Source: an uncultured SAR86 cluster bacterium (GTDB taxonomy: Bacteria > Pseudomonadota > Gammaproteobacteria > Magnimaribacterales > TMED112). Taken from it: a DNA stretch of 64,000 nt. The notes under the pieces are model-generated. The model made no database searches, had not been told where the DNA came from, and worked only from the letters and a program-made list of their open reading frames with translations. Below are positions 54,669 to 64,000 of the stretch, in pieces. How positions within the stretch are numbered: the stretch's first letter is position 1; the number at the start of each line of letters is the position of its first letter. The translations under genes were made by a program, and so were the position numbers. The stretch covers positions 68,077 through 132,076 of the forward strand of contig CACATF010000001.1 of assembly GCA_902535365.1 (NCBI GenBank), in the 5' to 3' direction.

Positions 54669-55298
54669 ATGACTACTGATACTAAACGTTATACATTTGT
54701 AGCGATGGCGCCTTTGGTGGCTTTTCTGCTATTTGTATTTATGGTTTTATTGGTCAGTACTGGAGATCAGGGTGATGTCGTTAAGGGTCGAAAGATTGGT
54801 GATGTCATTATGCCTGATAGAGAAATTGAAACTATTATGAACGAGGAAGTTGAGCCGCCTGAAGAGCCAGAAGTAGCTCCACCAGATATTGCTCCTCCTC
54901 AGCTAGATGTTACTCCAATTGCTGTTTCTGCATCAGGCGCAAAACCTGATATCAACTTTAATCAAGGCTCAGGATCATTGTTCAGAGATGGAGACTATAT
55001 TCCTTTGTTTAAAGTACAACCAGTTTATCCTAGAAGAGCACAAGAAAGAGGTATCGAGGGCTATGTCATTGTTGCATTCACAATTACAGAATCAGGTACT
55101 ATCGAAGATCCATATGTAATTGAGGGCAAGTGCAGGTCGCAAAATAACAGAGATGGCGATTATAATGATTGTAGTATGTTTAATTCAGCAACTATGAGAG
55201 CAGCACTAAAGCTTAAATACAAACCGACTGTTAGAGATGGTAAGACAGTCGCTGTTGAGGATGTGCCACATAAATATACTTTTGAGTTGGAGTCCTAA
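54669..55298 (+). CDS. tonB: Energy transducer TonB
   Basis: N-terminal TM, a Pro/Glu-rich spacer (EEVEPPEEPEVAPPDIAPPQ) and a C-terminal TonB domain (YPRRAQERGIEGYVIV). Confidence 0.85.
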   Translation: MTTDTKRYTFVAMAPLVAFLLFVFMVLLVSTGDQGDVVKGRKIGDVIMPDREIETIMNEEVEPPEEPEVAPPDIAPPQLDVTPIAVSASGAKPDINFNQGSGSLFRDGDYIPLFKVQPVYPRRAQERGIEGYVIVAFTITESGTIEDPYVIEGKCRSQNNRDGDYNDCSMFNSATMRAALKLKYKPTVRDGKTVAVEDVPHKYTFELES

Positions 55299-56875
55299 TG
55301 AGATTTTTATTTGTACTATTAGCATTAATTTTTTCTTTTGAAAGCTATCCAGAAATGCCAAACCCAGAAGTGGGATTGCCAGAACTAGCTTCTGAAGATG
55401 ATCTAAGATTAATGCAGAAAAGAAGATCTAAGGTTCTTACACAATCTGTCGCAAGGAAAGTTACTACCATTGTTGAGGCTCTTGATGAAGCAGGGCTTAT
55501 TGAAGACGAAAAAACTCTATTAATTAAAGCTAAAAAACCTGAAGAAGCAGCAGCAAAAGATGTAGAGATCAAAAGAGTCATTGCAAAAGGCCAAAGAGAA
55601 TTAACAGATCTTCAAAACAGACTAGACAGTTTAAAGAGTTATGACAGATCAATGGTTTGGTACTATCAGGCCTATATCAATCTTGCTTATGCAGATAATG
55701 TAAGAGGTGCAAGAGATAATTATTTAAGTTTAATTCAAGAAGAAGATGCAACACCACAAATAAAGCTTGCTGCATATTACACCTTGTCCCAATTATATTT
55801 GTCTGAAGAAGATTACGAGAACGGCATTAAGTATCTGCTCACATGGTTTGGCAAGACTCCTGAGGTAACACCACAGGCCTATGTATTATTGGGCCAAGCA
55901 TATTATATGAAAAATGATTATGTAAAAGCCTTTAACAATGTAAAAGAAGCAAAAAGACTAGCAGATGAGAAAGGGTTTTCTTTCAGAGAGAACTGGTACT
56001 CATTGTTGCTTGCCGGGATGGGCGAGTTAAATTTAAGAGAAGAGCAAATTCCAATTTATGAAGAGGTTCTTGAAAAATTCCCTAAAAAGAAATATTTCGT
56101 AAACCTGGCTGGGCTTTATAGTGAAATGGATAATTCCAGAGCGTACACAGGACTATTGAAAACAGCTTACACAAAACAACTTCTAGATAAGCCAAGTGAG
56201 TTTCAATCATTATCACAAATGCTACTAGCAGCTGGGAATCCATATTGGGCAGCAGAAGTTATGCTTACAGGCATGTCCAGAGTCCCAGGCTTGGTTGTGG
56301 TTGATCAAATTTGTGAAATGAGTAAAGTATTAGATGAGGACGGCAATCTCAAAACTGACAGTGACGGTGTTGTTGAAGAGCTTGTTTGTACAGATGTATA
56401 TGGGCCTGCATTTGTCACACCTGGTTCCCCGCAAGCCTTAGAGGCAGATGCAGAGCCAATATTAGAGGAAGATAAGAGAAATCTTACCATCCTTGCTGAA
56501 TCATTAAGAGCAGCCAAAGAAAGAGAAGCTGCAATCGAAATATTTGAAAAATTAGCAAAAGTTACTGATGACGGAGAAGCTTATATAGCTATAGGCAATC
56601 TTTATTATCAAGAAGATGAAATTGATCAAGCTATTGCGGCTATAGATAAAGGGCTAAAAAAAGGCAAGCTTAAGAATCCAGGTTTTGCACAACTAACATT
56701 AGGGCAAGCCCTCTTTGAAAAAGAGAGATTTGATGAAGCCAGAGAAGTATTTAATAAGGCAACTCAAAGCAAGAGTGACGCTGTGAAGAAAACAGCAAGG
56801 TCTTGGTTGAAATATACAGACAGCGAACAAGAAAGAGTTAAAAACCTTAACCTAAGAAGAGAATCTATTTCTTAA
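55298..56875 (+). CDS. TPR-repeat protein of TonB2-type system (TtpD-like)
   Basis: 525 aa with a signal peptide and multiple TPR-like helical repeats. It is the last gene of the cluster. Confidence 0.7.
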   Translation: MRFLFVLLALIFSFESYPEMPNPEVGLPELASEDDLRLMQKRRSKVLTQSVARKVTTIVEALDEAGLIEDEKTLLIKAKKPEEAAAKDVEIKRVIAKGQRELTDLQNRLDSLKSYDRSMVWYYQAYINLAYADNVRGARDNYLSLIQEEDATPQIKLAAYYTLSQLYLSEEDYENGIKYLLTWFGKTPEVTPQAYVLLGQAYYMKNDYVKAFNNVKEAKRLADEKGFSFRENWYSLLLAGMGELNLREEQIPIYEEVLEKFPKKKYFVNLAGLYSEMDNSRAYTGLLKTAYTKQLLDKPSEFQSLSQMLLAAGNPYWAAEVMLTGMSRVPGLVVVDQICEMSKVLDEDGNLKTDSDGVVEELVCTDVYGPAFVTPGSPQALEADAEPILEEDKRNLTILAESLRAAKEREAAIEIFEKLAKVTDDGEAYIAIGNLYYQEDEIDQAIAAIDKGLKKGKLKNPGFAQLTLGQALFEKERFDEAREVFNKATQSKSDAVKKTARSWLKYTDSEQERVKNLNLRRESIS

Positions 56876-57368
56876 GATACTCGATCACTTCGAAAGAAAA
56901 TTCATTCACATCAGATTTTGCAAAATGTTCTGATTTGTCCAGATCCCATTCTGAAAGATTAAAGCTAGGAAAATAAACATCACCTTGAATGTCTGGAGCA
57001 TCTACCCAAGAAATAACTAGTTTATTTACGTGCTTCATGCCTTCATCAAAAATTCTAGCTCCACCTATAAGAACAATCTCATCTTGGTTTGCAGAGATAG
57101 AATAATTGGTGGCTAATTCTATGGCATCAGTAAGATTCCGAACTATTGTTAAACCTTCAGTTTCAGCCATTGTGCTTGAAACGACAATATTGAATCGATT
57201 AGGCAAAGGTCTGCCTATTGAGTCATAAGTATTTCTTCCCATTATGATGGCTTTATTCATTGAGTAGTTTTTAAAATGCTGTAGATCGTCTTTTAACTTC
57301 CAAGGCAGGTCATTATTAACACCAATAACATTATCGGCATTCATTGCGACTAAAGATGAGATGATCAT
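56865..57368 (-). CDS. folA: Dihydrofolate reductase
   Basis: Motifs [12 protein letters not shown] and [19 protein letters not shown]-type overlap with thyA. Confidence 0.9.
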   Translation of the reverse strand: MIISSLVAMNADNVIGVNNDLPWKLKDDLQHFKNYSMNKAIIMGRNTYDSIGRPLPNRFNIVVSSTMAETEGLTIVRNLTDAIELATNYSISANQDEIVLIGGARIFDEGMKHVNKLVISWVDAPDIQGDVYFPSFNLSEWDLDKSEHFAKSDVNEFSFEVIEYLKK

Positions 57369-58153
57369 ACTGCTACTTTAGCAGGGATATGTGGATGAAA
57401 CTGATAATTAACAAGCTCAAAGTCTTCAAACTCAAACTCATCAATTGATTTTTTAGGTTGTACTATTATTTTTGGTGGCTCAAGCGGGTTTCTGCTTAGC
57501 TGTTCTTCCGCTTGTTCAAGATGGTTTAAATATAAATGGGCATCACCTAATGTATGCACAAAGTCTCCAACCTCTAAATCACACACTTTAGCTATCATGT
57601 GTGTAAGTAAAGCATATGAAGCAATATTAAAAGGCACGCCTAAGAAGATATCAGCACTTCTTTGATAGAGCTGACATGAAAGCTTGCCATCTACAACATA
57701 AAATTGAAATAGAATATGGCAGGGAGCTAAGGCCATGCTTGGTATATCAGCAACATTCCAAGCGCTTACAATATGTCTTCTGCTATCAGGGTTATTTTTA
57801 ATCTGATCAATGACTCCTGTAACCTGGTCATAGATGCCATTGGCCCCCTCCCATTTGCGCCACTGTTTACCATAAACCGGGCCAAGGTCACCGTTATCAT
57901 CCGCCCACTCATCCCAAATTGATACTCCATTCTTTTTCAAGTACTTAATATTGGTATCCCCTTTTAAAAACCATAAAAGCTCATAGGCAACAGATTTAAA
58001 ATGGATTTTTTTGGTTGTGACTAATGGAAAAGACTCTTCTAAGTTAAAGCGCATTTGGTGGCCAAAAACAGACAAGGTTCCTGTTCCTGTTCGGTCCCCT
58101 TTTTGCTTGCCAGTATCTTTAACTCTTTGAAGTAAATCTAGGTATTCTTGCAT
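57365..58153 (-). CDS. thyA: Thymidylate synthase
   Basis: The sequence [20 protein letters not shown]-like ALAPCH is highly conserved ThyA sequence. Confidence 0.96.
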   Translation of the reverse strand: MQEYLDLLQRVKDTGKQKGDRTGTGTLSVFGHQMRFNLEESFPLVTTKKIHFKSVAYELLWFLKGDTNIKYLKKNGVSIWDEWADDNGDLGPVYGKQWRKWEGANGIYDQVTGVIDQIKNNPDSRRHIVSAWNVADIPSMALAPCHILFQFYVVDGKLSCQLYQRSADIFLGVPFNIASYALLTHMIAKVCDLEVGDFVHTLGDAHLYLNHLEQAEEQLSRNPLEPPKIIVQPKKSIDEFEFEDFELVNYQFHPHIPAKVAV

Positions 58154-58953
58154 TATTTTCGGTTAAGAATGATTACTCCTAATATTATCATAGGTATTGA
58201 CAATATCTGTCCCTGAGTTAAAAAACTAAACAATAAAAAGTCACTTCCCCACACCAGATCAGGCGTCCTAAATATTTCAGCTATAGAGCGCGCAACTCCA
58301 TAACCAATAAGAAAAATACCAGAAAGCTTTCCGGCATTGCTAGATGGCTTAAAGAAATAATTTAACAATATGTATAAAACAATTCCTTCTAAAAAAGCTT
58401 CATAAAGTTGCGAAGGATGTCGGACTAAGCCCTCAGGATCAGAAGGAAAAATCATGCCCCAAGATACATCAGTTGGACGACCATATAGTTCCGCATTGAT
58501 AAAGTTGGCTATTCTGCCAAGAAATAAGGCAATAGGAACTTGTGGGACAAGCCAATCGGTGAGTTGAAAAAACTTATACCCTTTTCTATATGCAAAAATC
58601 CAAACACCAACCATCACACCGATGACACCGCCATGAAAAGACATACCTCCTTGATATATTTTTAAAAAATAGAAGGGATCCTGAAGTTGTAGATGAAAAT
58701 CGTAAAAAAGCACACTGCCCAATCTTCCACCAATAACAGCACAAAGCAATCCATAAACAATCACCAGATCTTCAGCATCATTTTTTTCCATTTGGATATT
58801 AAATTTGCTTCTTGTTTGCAGCATTCGTAGGTAAATTAGATAGGCTCCCACTACATATGCCAGTCCATACCAATAGATATTTATTGATTCGCCCCAAAAC
58901 CCAGAAATAGGAATTGAAATGGCTACCGGATCAATATTTGGATATTCAATCAT
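58153..58953 (-). CDS. lgt: Phosphatidylglycerol--prolipoprotein diacylglyceryl transferase
   Basis: The Lgt pattern (IDPVAISIP...[25 protein letters not shown]) is present. The start is placed at MIEYPNIDP, sharing a TAATG junction with the upstream gene. Confidence 0.9.
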   Translation of the reverse strand: MIEYPNIDPVAISIPISGFWGESINIYWYGLAYVVGAYLIYLRMLQTRSKFNIQMEKNDAEDLVIVYGLLCAVIGGRLGSVLFYDFHLQLQDPFYFLKIYQGGMSFHGGVIGVMVGVWIFAYRKGYKFFQLTDWLVPQVPIALFLGRIANFINAELYGRPTDVSWGMIFPSDPEGLVRHPSQLYEAFLEGIVLYILLNYFFKPSSNAGKLSGIFLIGYGVARSIAEIFRTPDLVWGSDFLLFSFLTQGQILSIPMIILGVIILNRK

Positions 58954-59741
58954 TATGCAAAAAACCAATATAAAAATATTGGTACCAATTGAAGAGCGTA
59001 CAGCGTTTGAAAAACCTTCTCATTAACTTGTTGTGTCATGTATGCTCCAAATCTTGAAGAAAATGAACTAAATATCACTATACACAATAATGAAAGATAG
59101 TTTACATATCCAATTGAATAGTCAGGAAGGCCATTAGTTCCCAGGCCTAAGTATATATATGTTCCAGAACCAATTAATCCTACTGGGAGAGTGCAAGCAA
59201 CTGAAGTTCCAGCAGCTCTTTTCATATTTTCTCCCATAAATTTTAGAAATGGTCCTATAAAAATACCCCCTCCTATCGCAAAAGTTGTTGAGACTGTCCC
59301 AACAAACCCTCCGAATGGAACTGCTTGAATAATAGGTATATTTACATGCCCCTCAACAGACTTCATCTTAAAAAACATACGCAATGAAATTAGAAAAATG
59401 AAAAGAGCAAAAACCTTTTTAAAAAGATCTTTCTCTGCTCCTACAGAAATAAATGCACCTAAAATAGCACCAAATGCAATTCCAGCAAAAAGTTTATAGA
59501 AATTTGTCCAAGATATATTTTTATTTCTGTGATGCACTGGTATCGCAGACAATGAGTTAATTACAATACATGCTAGTGCTGTTCCAAGAGCTATGGGGAT
59601 GCTTATCTCATCAGAGTACCCCATCTGCGTATATAAGAAATGAAGTGCTGGGACCAACACCAAACCTCCACCAACACCAAAGAACCCTGCTAAAAAACCT
59701 GAGAGAATCCCTATTAAAGGATAAATAAGTAGCTCAATCAT
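58953..59741 (-). CDS. TauE/SafE (TSUP) family anion exporter
   Basis: 262 aa with 7-8 TM and duplicated GxGGG motifs (GFFGVGGG, AIGGGIF). Confidence 0.8.
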   Translation of the reverse strand: MIELLIYPLIGILSGFLAGFFGVGGGLVLVPALHFLYTQMGYSDEISIPIALGTALACIVINSLSAIPVHHRNKNISWTNFYKLFAGIAFGAILGAFISVGAEKDLFKKVFALFIFLISLRMFFKMKSVEGHVNIPIIQAVPFGGFVGTVSTTFAIGGGIFIGPFLKFMGENMKRAAGTSVACTLPVGLIGSGTYIYLGLGTNGLPDYSIGYVNYLSLLCIVIFSSFSSRFGAYMTQQVNEKVFQTLYALQLVPIFLYWFFA

Positions 59742-60843
59742 CAGACAATTTTTTTGCTTCCTTCGAGCCTAGTGATACAAGACCTTGTATTCTTGATGAT
59801 ACTGAACCTTTGCCATCTATTAATTTATTTCGTGCATCATCATATTTTTTTTGCGACTGTGCTATGGAATTGCCTAAACTATCCATAACTTCTGTAAAAC
59901 CACCAAGCTTATCAACTAATTTTTGAGCTTCGTCATAAACCTTAATTACACTCTCTCTTTGACCATCAAGTCGCCATAAGTTTTCAACCATTTTGATAGA
60001 TATATGAAGTATGGAGGGGCTAATTAAAGCGATGCGTTTCTTGTCAGCATAAGCAACTAAATCTGGGTCAAACTTTAAAGCTACACTTAGTGAATCATCT
60101 ATCCCAAGAAACATGAAAATTAAATCTGGTGTATTTAATTCCTCAATTTGATGATATTTGGTATTGCTAAGATCATTGATTCTATCTCTGATGTTTTTAG
60201 TTAGTAATTTGCCAAGTTTTTGCTTTTCTTCATCAGAATCAGTGTTGCAATATTGGTTATATACAGTGAATGAAAACTTTGAATCAATAATAATATTTCT
60301 ATTTTGTGGTAAATAGATAACAGCATCGGGTATCTCCCTGCTGACATCGCCATCAGATTTGACTGTGAAACCTTTTTGCAACAGATAGTGAGTATTTTCT
60401 TCAAGTCCTGAACCCTCAAGGAGCATTTCTAGCTTGAGCTCGCCGTAATCACCTTGAGTTTTACTATCTCCTGACAATGCTTTAGTTAATTTATTAGCAT
60501 CTGATGTAATTTGGTTGGTTTGTTCAATAAGGTTATCGATTGTGAGCTTAGTCTTGGTATGAAACTCGTGTTGTTGACTAGTGTTCTTTCTAACTTCTTC
60601 TTCAAATTCTTTTATTCTTTTCTTAAAGGGCTCAATAATGTTTTCAATATTTTCTTTTGAAGATTTTTTGAAGTCTTCTTCCCTTTTTGCATAAACAGAT
60701 TCTATTGAGTTTGAAATTTTTTCTTCCAGTTGCTCAGATAAAACTGAAGAATCTGATTTTTTCTTGGCATCATTGATTAAAAAAACAATTGTTCCTAAAG
60801 CAATGAGCAAAAATATTGTTAAAATTGTGACTACTAGATCCAT
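59734..60843 (-). CDS. rmuC: DNA recombination protein RmuC
   Basis: N-terminal TM, a coiled coil and a C-terminal RmuC nuclease-like domain (PDAVIYLPQNRNIIIDSK). Confidence 0.85.
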   Translation of the reverse strand: MDLVVTILTIFLLIALGTIVFLINDAKKKSDSSVLSEQLEEKISNSIESVYAKREEDFKKSSKENIENIIEPFKKRIKEFEEEVRKNTSQQHEFHTKTKLTIDNLIEQTNQITSDANKLTKALSGDSKTQGDYGELKLEMLLEGSGLEENTHYLLQKGFTVKSDGDVSREIPDAVIYLPQNRNIIIDSKFSFTVYNQYCNTDSDEEKQKLGKLLTKNIRDRINDLSNTKYHQIEELNTPDLIFMFLGIDDSLSVALKFDPDLVAYADKKRIALISPSILHISIKMVENLWRLDGQRESVIKVYDEAQKLVDKLGGFTEVMDSLGNSIAQSQKKYDDARNKLIDGKGSVSSRIQGLVSLGSKEAKKLSDD

Positions 60844-60845
60844 AG

Positions 60846-62042
60846 ATGAATATTTTAGAACAAATTAGAAAAGAACTCCCCTGGCTTGAAGATAAAGTCT
60901 CATATGATCTAACCAGAGGAAAACCATCAAGTGATCAATTAGATATTTCACAGCAATATTTAGAGAAAATAAATCAGCCTTATCATATAGATGGAGTGGA
61001 TATACGAAATTATGGCCTGCCTGAAGGGTTGCCATCGGCAAAAGCTTTGGGTGCAGATATAATGGGCACTTCAGCAGAAGAGACACTTGCATTGGATAAT
61101 TCGTCTCTATCATTAATGCAGCAGATTTTGTCATGCGGTTATTTCCTTGGGTTCGACAAAGCAAAACTTGACCAAAACAGCAAATTTATTTGTCCTGTGC
61201 CAGGCTATGATAGGCATTTTAAGCTTTTAGAAAATTTTGGTTTTGAAATGATATCCATACCCTTTGCGGATGATGGTCCTGATCTGCAAGCTTTAGCTCA
61301 GGTTCTTGAGCAAGAAGCTAATGTTGCTGGCATAGTTTGTGTGCCTAGACATTCAAATCCTACAGGGCACTCATATTCCGATGCCAATGTGTCTGAAATG
61401 TTCAATCTGATTTCACAAAAGAAAGATAATTTTATGATTCTTTGGGACAATGCGTACGCATGCCATGACCTAAAACCTACAATCAAACAAAGCAGCGCTA
61501 ATGAGATTGCAAAAAACTGTGGAGTATGGGACAACTTGTTTCATTTAAGCTCAACTTCAAAGATAACACTTGCTGGTTCTGGCATTGCATTTCTATCAAT
61601 GTCTTCTTCAAACATAAATCAATTCATTGATTACAGAAACTCTGTCACACCTGGACCAAATAAAATGAATCAGGGTCTGCATGTCGAATATTTCAAAACT
61701 ATCAGTATCGAAGAGCAGATGAATAAACTTAAAGAAGTTATTTTGCCCAAATTTGAACTTACTGAGCAATACCTTAGCGAGCTTCAGCAAGAAGGGCTTT
61801 GTGAATACAAAAGCCCGACAGGCGGATATTTCTTCACCTTTGATTCTACTTCTGGAAAAGCAAAAGAAATTATTGATCATTGTGACCAGCTAGGCTTGAA
61901 ACTTCTGCCTCTAGGCTCATGCCACCCAAATGGAAAAGACAGCGCTAATAGAACAATACGGATAGCGCCTACCTTCCCTGATTTACAATCTCTTGAAAGA
62001 TGCATGCAAATCTTCTCAAAAGTTGTTAAATATTTGAACTAA
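60846..62042 (+). CDS. PLP-dependent aminotransferase (class I/II fold, Asp_aminotransf-like)
   Basis: Motifs DLTRGKPSSDQLD, PRHSNPTG and SSTSKITLAGSG (PLP Lys). 398 aa. Confidence 0.75.
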   Translation: MNILEQIRKELPWLEDKVSYDLTRGKPSSDQLDISQQYLEKINQPYHIDGVDIRNYGLPEGLPSAKALGADIMGTSAEETLALDNSSLSLMQQILSCGYFLGFDKAKLDQNSKFICPVPGYDRHFKLLENFGFEMISIPFADDGPDLQALAQVLEQEANVAGIVCVPRHSNPTGHSYSDANVSEMFNLISQKKDNFMILWDNAYACHDLKPTIKQSSANEIAKNCGVWDNLFHLSSTSKITLAGSGIAFLSMSSSNINQFIDYRNSVTPGPNKMNQGLHVEYFKTISIEEQMNKLKEVILPKFELTEQYLSELQQEGLCEYKSPTGGYFFTFDSTSGKAKEIIDHCDQLGLKLLPLGSCHPNGKDSANRTIRIAPTFPDLQSLERCMQIFSKVVKYLN

Positions 62043-62068
62043 TTTTCTTTGACCATATCAAAGTATGT

Positions 62069-62524
62069 ATGATGAAAAACTTACTTTATATTCTTTTATT
62101 TGCTGCTACATTTGCAATCTTCGCAGATAACCACAGGATGGGGCCTGAAATGAAACAGAAAATGTGGATGGCAAAAATTAAGCTTGATCTAGCAGAAATG
62201 AAGGGACCGCGCTCTGTTGCAGAGGTAAAAGAGATGCGAGAAAACAGGCTTGCTGATCTGGATTTGTTAATTAACTCTGGGAAATACAAAGCAGAACAAC
62301 TTGCAAGGCTTGAAGGTGCTCGAGATAGATTAATGAGCATGGAGCTTCCAACACAAGAAATGCTGAATGAACGTCATCAAACTCGTATTAAAAGAGCTAA
62401 ACAGATGATGAAGAATAAAGCTCAGATGAGAAACGGAATGGACCGAGAAAGACAAAAAAGATGGATGCGTCAACGCGAACTTAGGGAGGAAAGAGCTTTA
62501 AAGAATAAAAGACGTAAGTACTAG
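62069..62524 (+). CDS. Secreted basic helical protein (151 aa), function unknown
   Basis: Signal peptide followed by Met/Arg/Lys/Glu-rich helices. No confident family assignment. Confidence 0.45.
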   Translation: MMKNLLYILLFAATFAIFADNHRMGPEMKQKMWMAKIKLDLAEMKGPRSVAEVKEMRENRLADLDLLINSGKYKAEQLARLEGARDRLMSMELPTQEMLNERHQTRIKRAKQMMKNKAQMRNGMDRERQKRWMRQRELREERALKNKRRKY

Positions 62525-62527
62525 TTT

Positions 62528-63127
62528 TTAGTCGTCGTAATCTGCCCATAACAGATTAGCGGCCACTGACCTGAAAGGACGCCAGTCTCTTGCTAAGAAA
62601 GTCATATCCTCAACGCTCGGACGTTCTTTCAGGTTTTTTAATCGCCTAACCCCTTCTTGCAAACCTATATCACCAACCGGCCATATGTCTTGTCTACCCA
62701 GACAAGCCATTAAATAACAATCTGCTGTCCAAGTCCCAATGCCTTTTAACTGGCACATATATTTCTGTGCTTCGACATCTTCCATTTTCTCCAAATCTTT
62801 AAAATCAAATTTTCCCGACAATTCTTGATCTGCTACACCTTTAAGATAATTAATCTTTGGTCTGCTTAAACCTGCTTTTCTTAAGTCATTATCAGATAGA
62901 TTAAGGAAATCTTTTGCGCAAACCTCATTCATCAGTAAAAAAACCTTTGTTTTGATTGAATTGGCAGCTGCAACGGATATCTGTTGTTCAATAATTAACG
63001 CACATATGCCTGCAAAACCATCTGGTCTTAAAAAAAAGTCGATGTCATGATCGGGAACAAACCTTTTAAATTCTGGTTCAACTGTTAAAAGATGTTTTAT
63101 ACCATCCTGGAAGATATTTTGATTCAT
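62528..63127 (-). CDS. DNA-3-methyladenine glycosylase II family (HhH-GPD, AlkA-like)
   Basis: HhH motif LKGIGTWTADCYLM and a catalytic-region WPVGDIGL. Confidence 0.8.
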   Translation of the reverse strand: MNQNIFQDGIKHLLTVEPEFKRFVPDHDIDFFLRPDGFAGICALIIEQQISVAAANSIKTKVFLLMNEVCAKDFLNLSDNDLRKAGLSRPKINYLKGVADQELSGKFDFKDLEKMEDVEAQKYMCQLKGIGTWTADCYLMACLGRQDIWPVGDIGLQEGVRRLKNLKERPSVEDMTFLARDWRPFRSVAANLLWADYDD

Positions 63128-63768
63128 CCTTTAAGCAAACCATCTTGAATAAGCAATTTTTTGAAATCATCGAATCTATCTTGGCCAAAAAAAGTTTGGT
63201 TTTTATAAACAAGTAGCGGAACACCATGATGGCCTGCCAATTTTTGATCCTTCTGATTATTTTCAATCTGCTTTATTAGATTATTTGTATTAGATTCAGT
63301 CTCTGCTTTAAGTGAATGATAATCTAAACCAACATTGCTGCATGCTTTTTCTAAGTTTGAAGTTTCATTCCAGCCTTTTTTGGTCCCAAAAACTAAACTT
63401 GATAGCTCATATGCAAGCTCAAGCCCAACACCCTCATTATGCGCTTGCTGGCCCAGATGACATAAATCAAAAATATATGGCTGGTGAGCATCAATTTTTC
63501 CAGTTAAGTAACTTTGTTTAATGGGATCAGGTTTTGGCGTATAGAATGGCATTCCAAGTCTCTTTGCTACTCTGCGCATGTCAATCATTTTATGACTAAA
63601 GAATGTTAAGAAATTTTTTCCTTTGAAAAACTCTGGTTGACGAATTGCCAATGGATAAACAAGTTTAAATTCAATATCAATATTATGGTTTTGCTTCAGA
63701 TCTATAACACGAGGCAAAATAAGATAAGAATAAGGACTTCTATAAGAAAAATAAAAATCTATCTTCAT
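63124..63768 (-). CDS. DsbA-like thioredoxin-fold protein (2-hydroxychromene-2-carboxylate isomerase family)
   Basis: The FYFSYRSPYSYL start (SPYS replaces CxxC) is typical of the HCCA isomerase/DsbA_FrnE group. Confidence 0.75.
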   Translation of the reverse strand: MKIDFYFSYRSPYSYLILPRVIDLKQNHNIDIEFKLVYPLAIRQPEFFKGKNFLTFFSHKMIDMRRVAKRLGMPFYTPKPDPIKQSYLTGKIDAHQPYIFDLCHLGQQAHNEGVGLELAYELSSLVFGTKKGWNETSNLEKACSNVGLDYHSLKAETESNTNNLIKQIENNQKDQKLAGHHGVPLLVYKNQTFFGQDRFDDFKKLLIQDGLLKG

Positions 63769-63772
63769 AAGT

Positions 63773-64000
63773 TTAATTTGTAACCCAAACTGATTCTTCG
63801 TCTTCGCTATGGCCTTCTTCCGCTGCTTCTTTTAAATTCCTATCCACATCAACATTGGCAAGCAGAGGCGGTTTGTAAATGAAGTTTTTAGCTCCTTCAG
63901 AGTGTTGATTTATAAGTGCCATTAGCTCATATACTTTTTCAGGATATTGATCAGAAAGTTCAAGTTGTTCAGTGGGGTCATCTGCTAAGTTGAATAACCA
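63773..64000 (-). CDS. Sulfatase, C-terminal 75 codons only (5' part outside window)
   Basis: Manual minus-strand translation gives WLFNLADDPTEQLELSDQYPEKVYELMALINQH...SVWVTN*. The LFNLxxDPxExxxLSxxxPEKV motif is the conserved sulfatase C-terminus. It is not in the ORF track because no start lies in the window. Confidence 0.7.
   Translation of the reverse strand, partial: WLFNLADDPTEQLELSDQYPEKVYELMALINQHSEGAKNFIYKPPLLANVDVDRNLKEAAEEGHSEDEESVWVTN

Overview
AT-rich (roughly one-third G+C by eye, not computed), very gene-dense chromosomal window. Neighbouring genes often overlap by 1-11 nt, intergenic DNA is scarce, and I found no convincing intrinsic terminators. Gene content and order match the replication-origin neighbourhood of a streamlined gammaproteobacterium-like genome. 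trkA-trkH and glyQS lie on the plus strand, followed by gyrB-recF-dnaN-dnaA on the minus strand. These diverge from rpmH-rnpA-yidC-mnmE-mnmG-rsmG-parA-parB-atpBEFHAGDC-glmU-glmS on the plus strand. Between glmS and uvrD (about 27.6-40.3 kb) lies an accessory-looking block. It holds a run of tiny membrane ORFs, a cadherin-like lipoprotein, a Met/His-rich outer-membrane barrel plus cupin, an XRE regulator and membrane partner facing an ETHE1-like persulfide dioxygenase, ald, a ceramidase-like 7-TM protein, a lipase-like hydrolase, a nitronate monooxygenase-family enzyme and a membrane-anchored prolyl-4-hydroxylase-like enzyme. The rest is core: uvrD, lipBA, yaaA, rpoH, trmB, yggT/yggS, a SPOR protein, argS, efp, a six-gene TonB2-type cluster, folA-thyA-lgt, a TSUP exporter, rmuC, an aminotransferase, alkA-like and DsbA-like genes, and a truncated sulfatase. 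I saw no rRNA, tRNA, CRISPR array, transposase or integrase. The best candidate for something undescribed is a 15-codon ORF, too short for the ORF track, encoding MCKCCKCCECACCSK (8 Cys). It has a near-leaderless promoter and sits directly upstream of the Met/His-rich barrel and cupin genes. Other points worth a second look: twin 18-bp palindromic operators built into the -35/-10 of the XRE operon promoter, two copies of one parS-like 16-mer inside recF, four TTATNAACA boxes in the mnmE-mnmG spacer as a candidate oriC, a GyrB lacking the proteobacterial insertion, an alpha2-type GlyRS, and a duplicated 48-nt intergenic element downstream of glmS.
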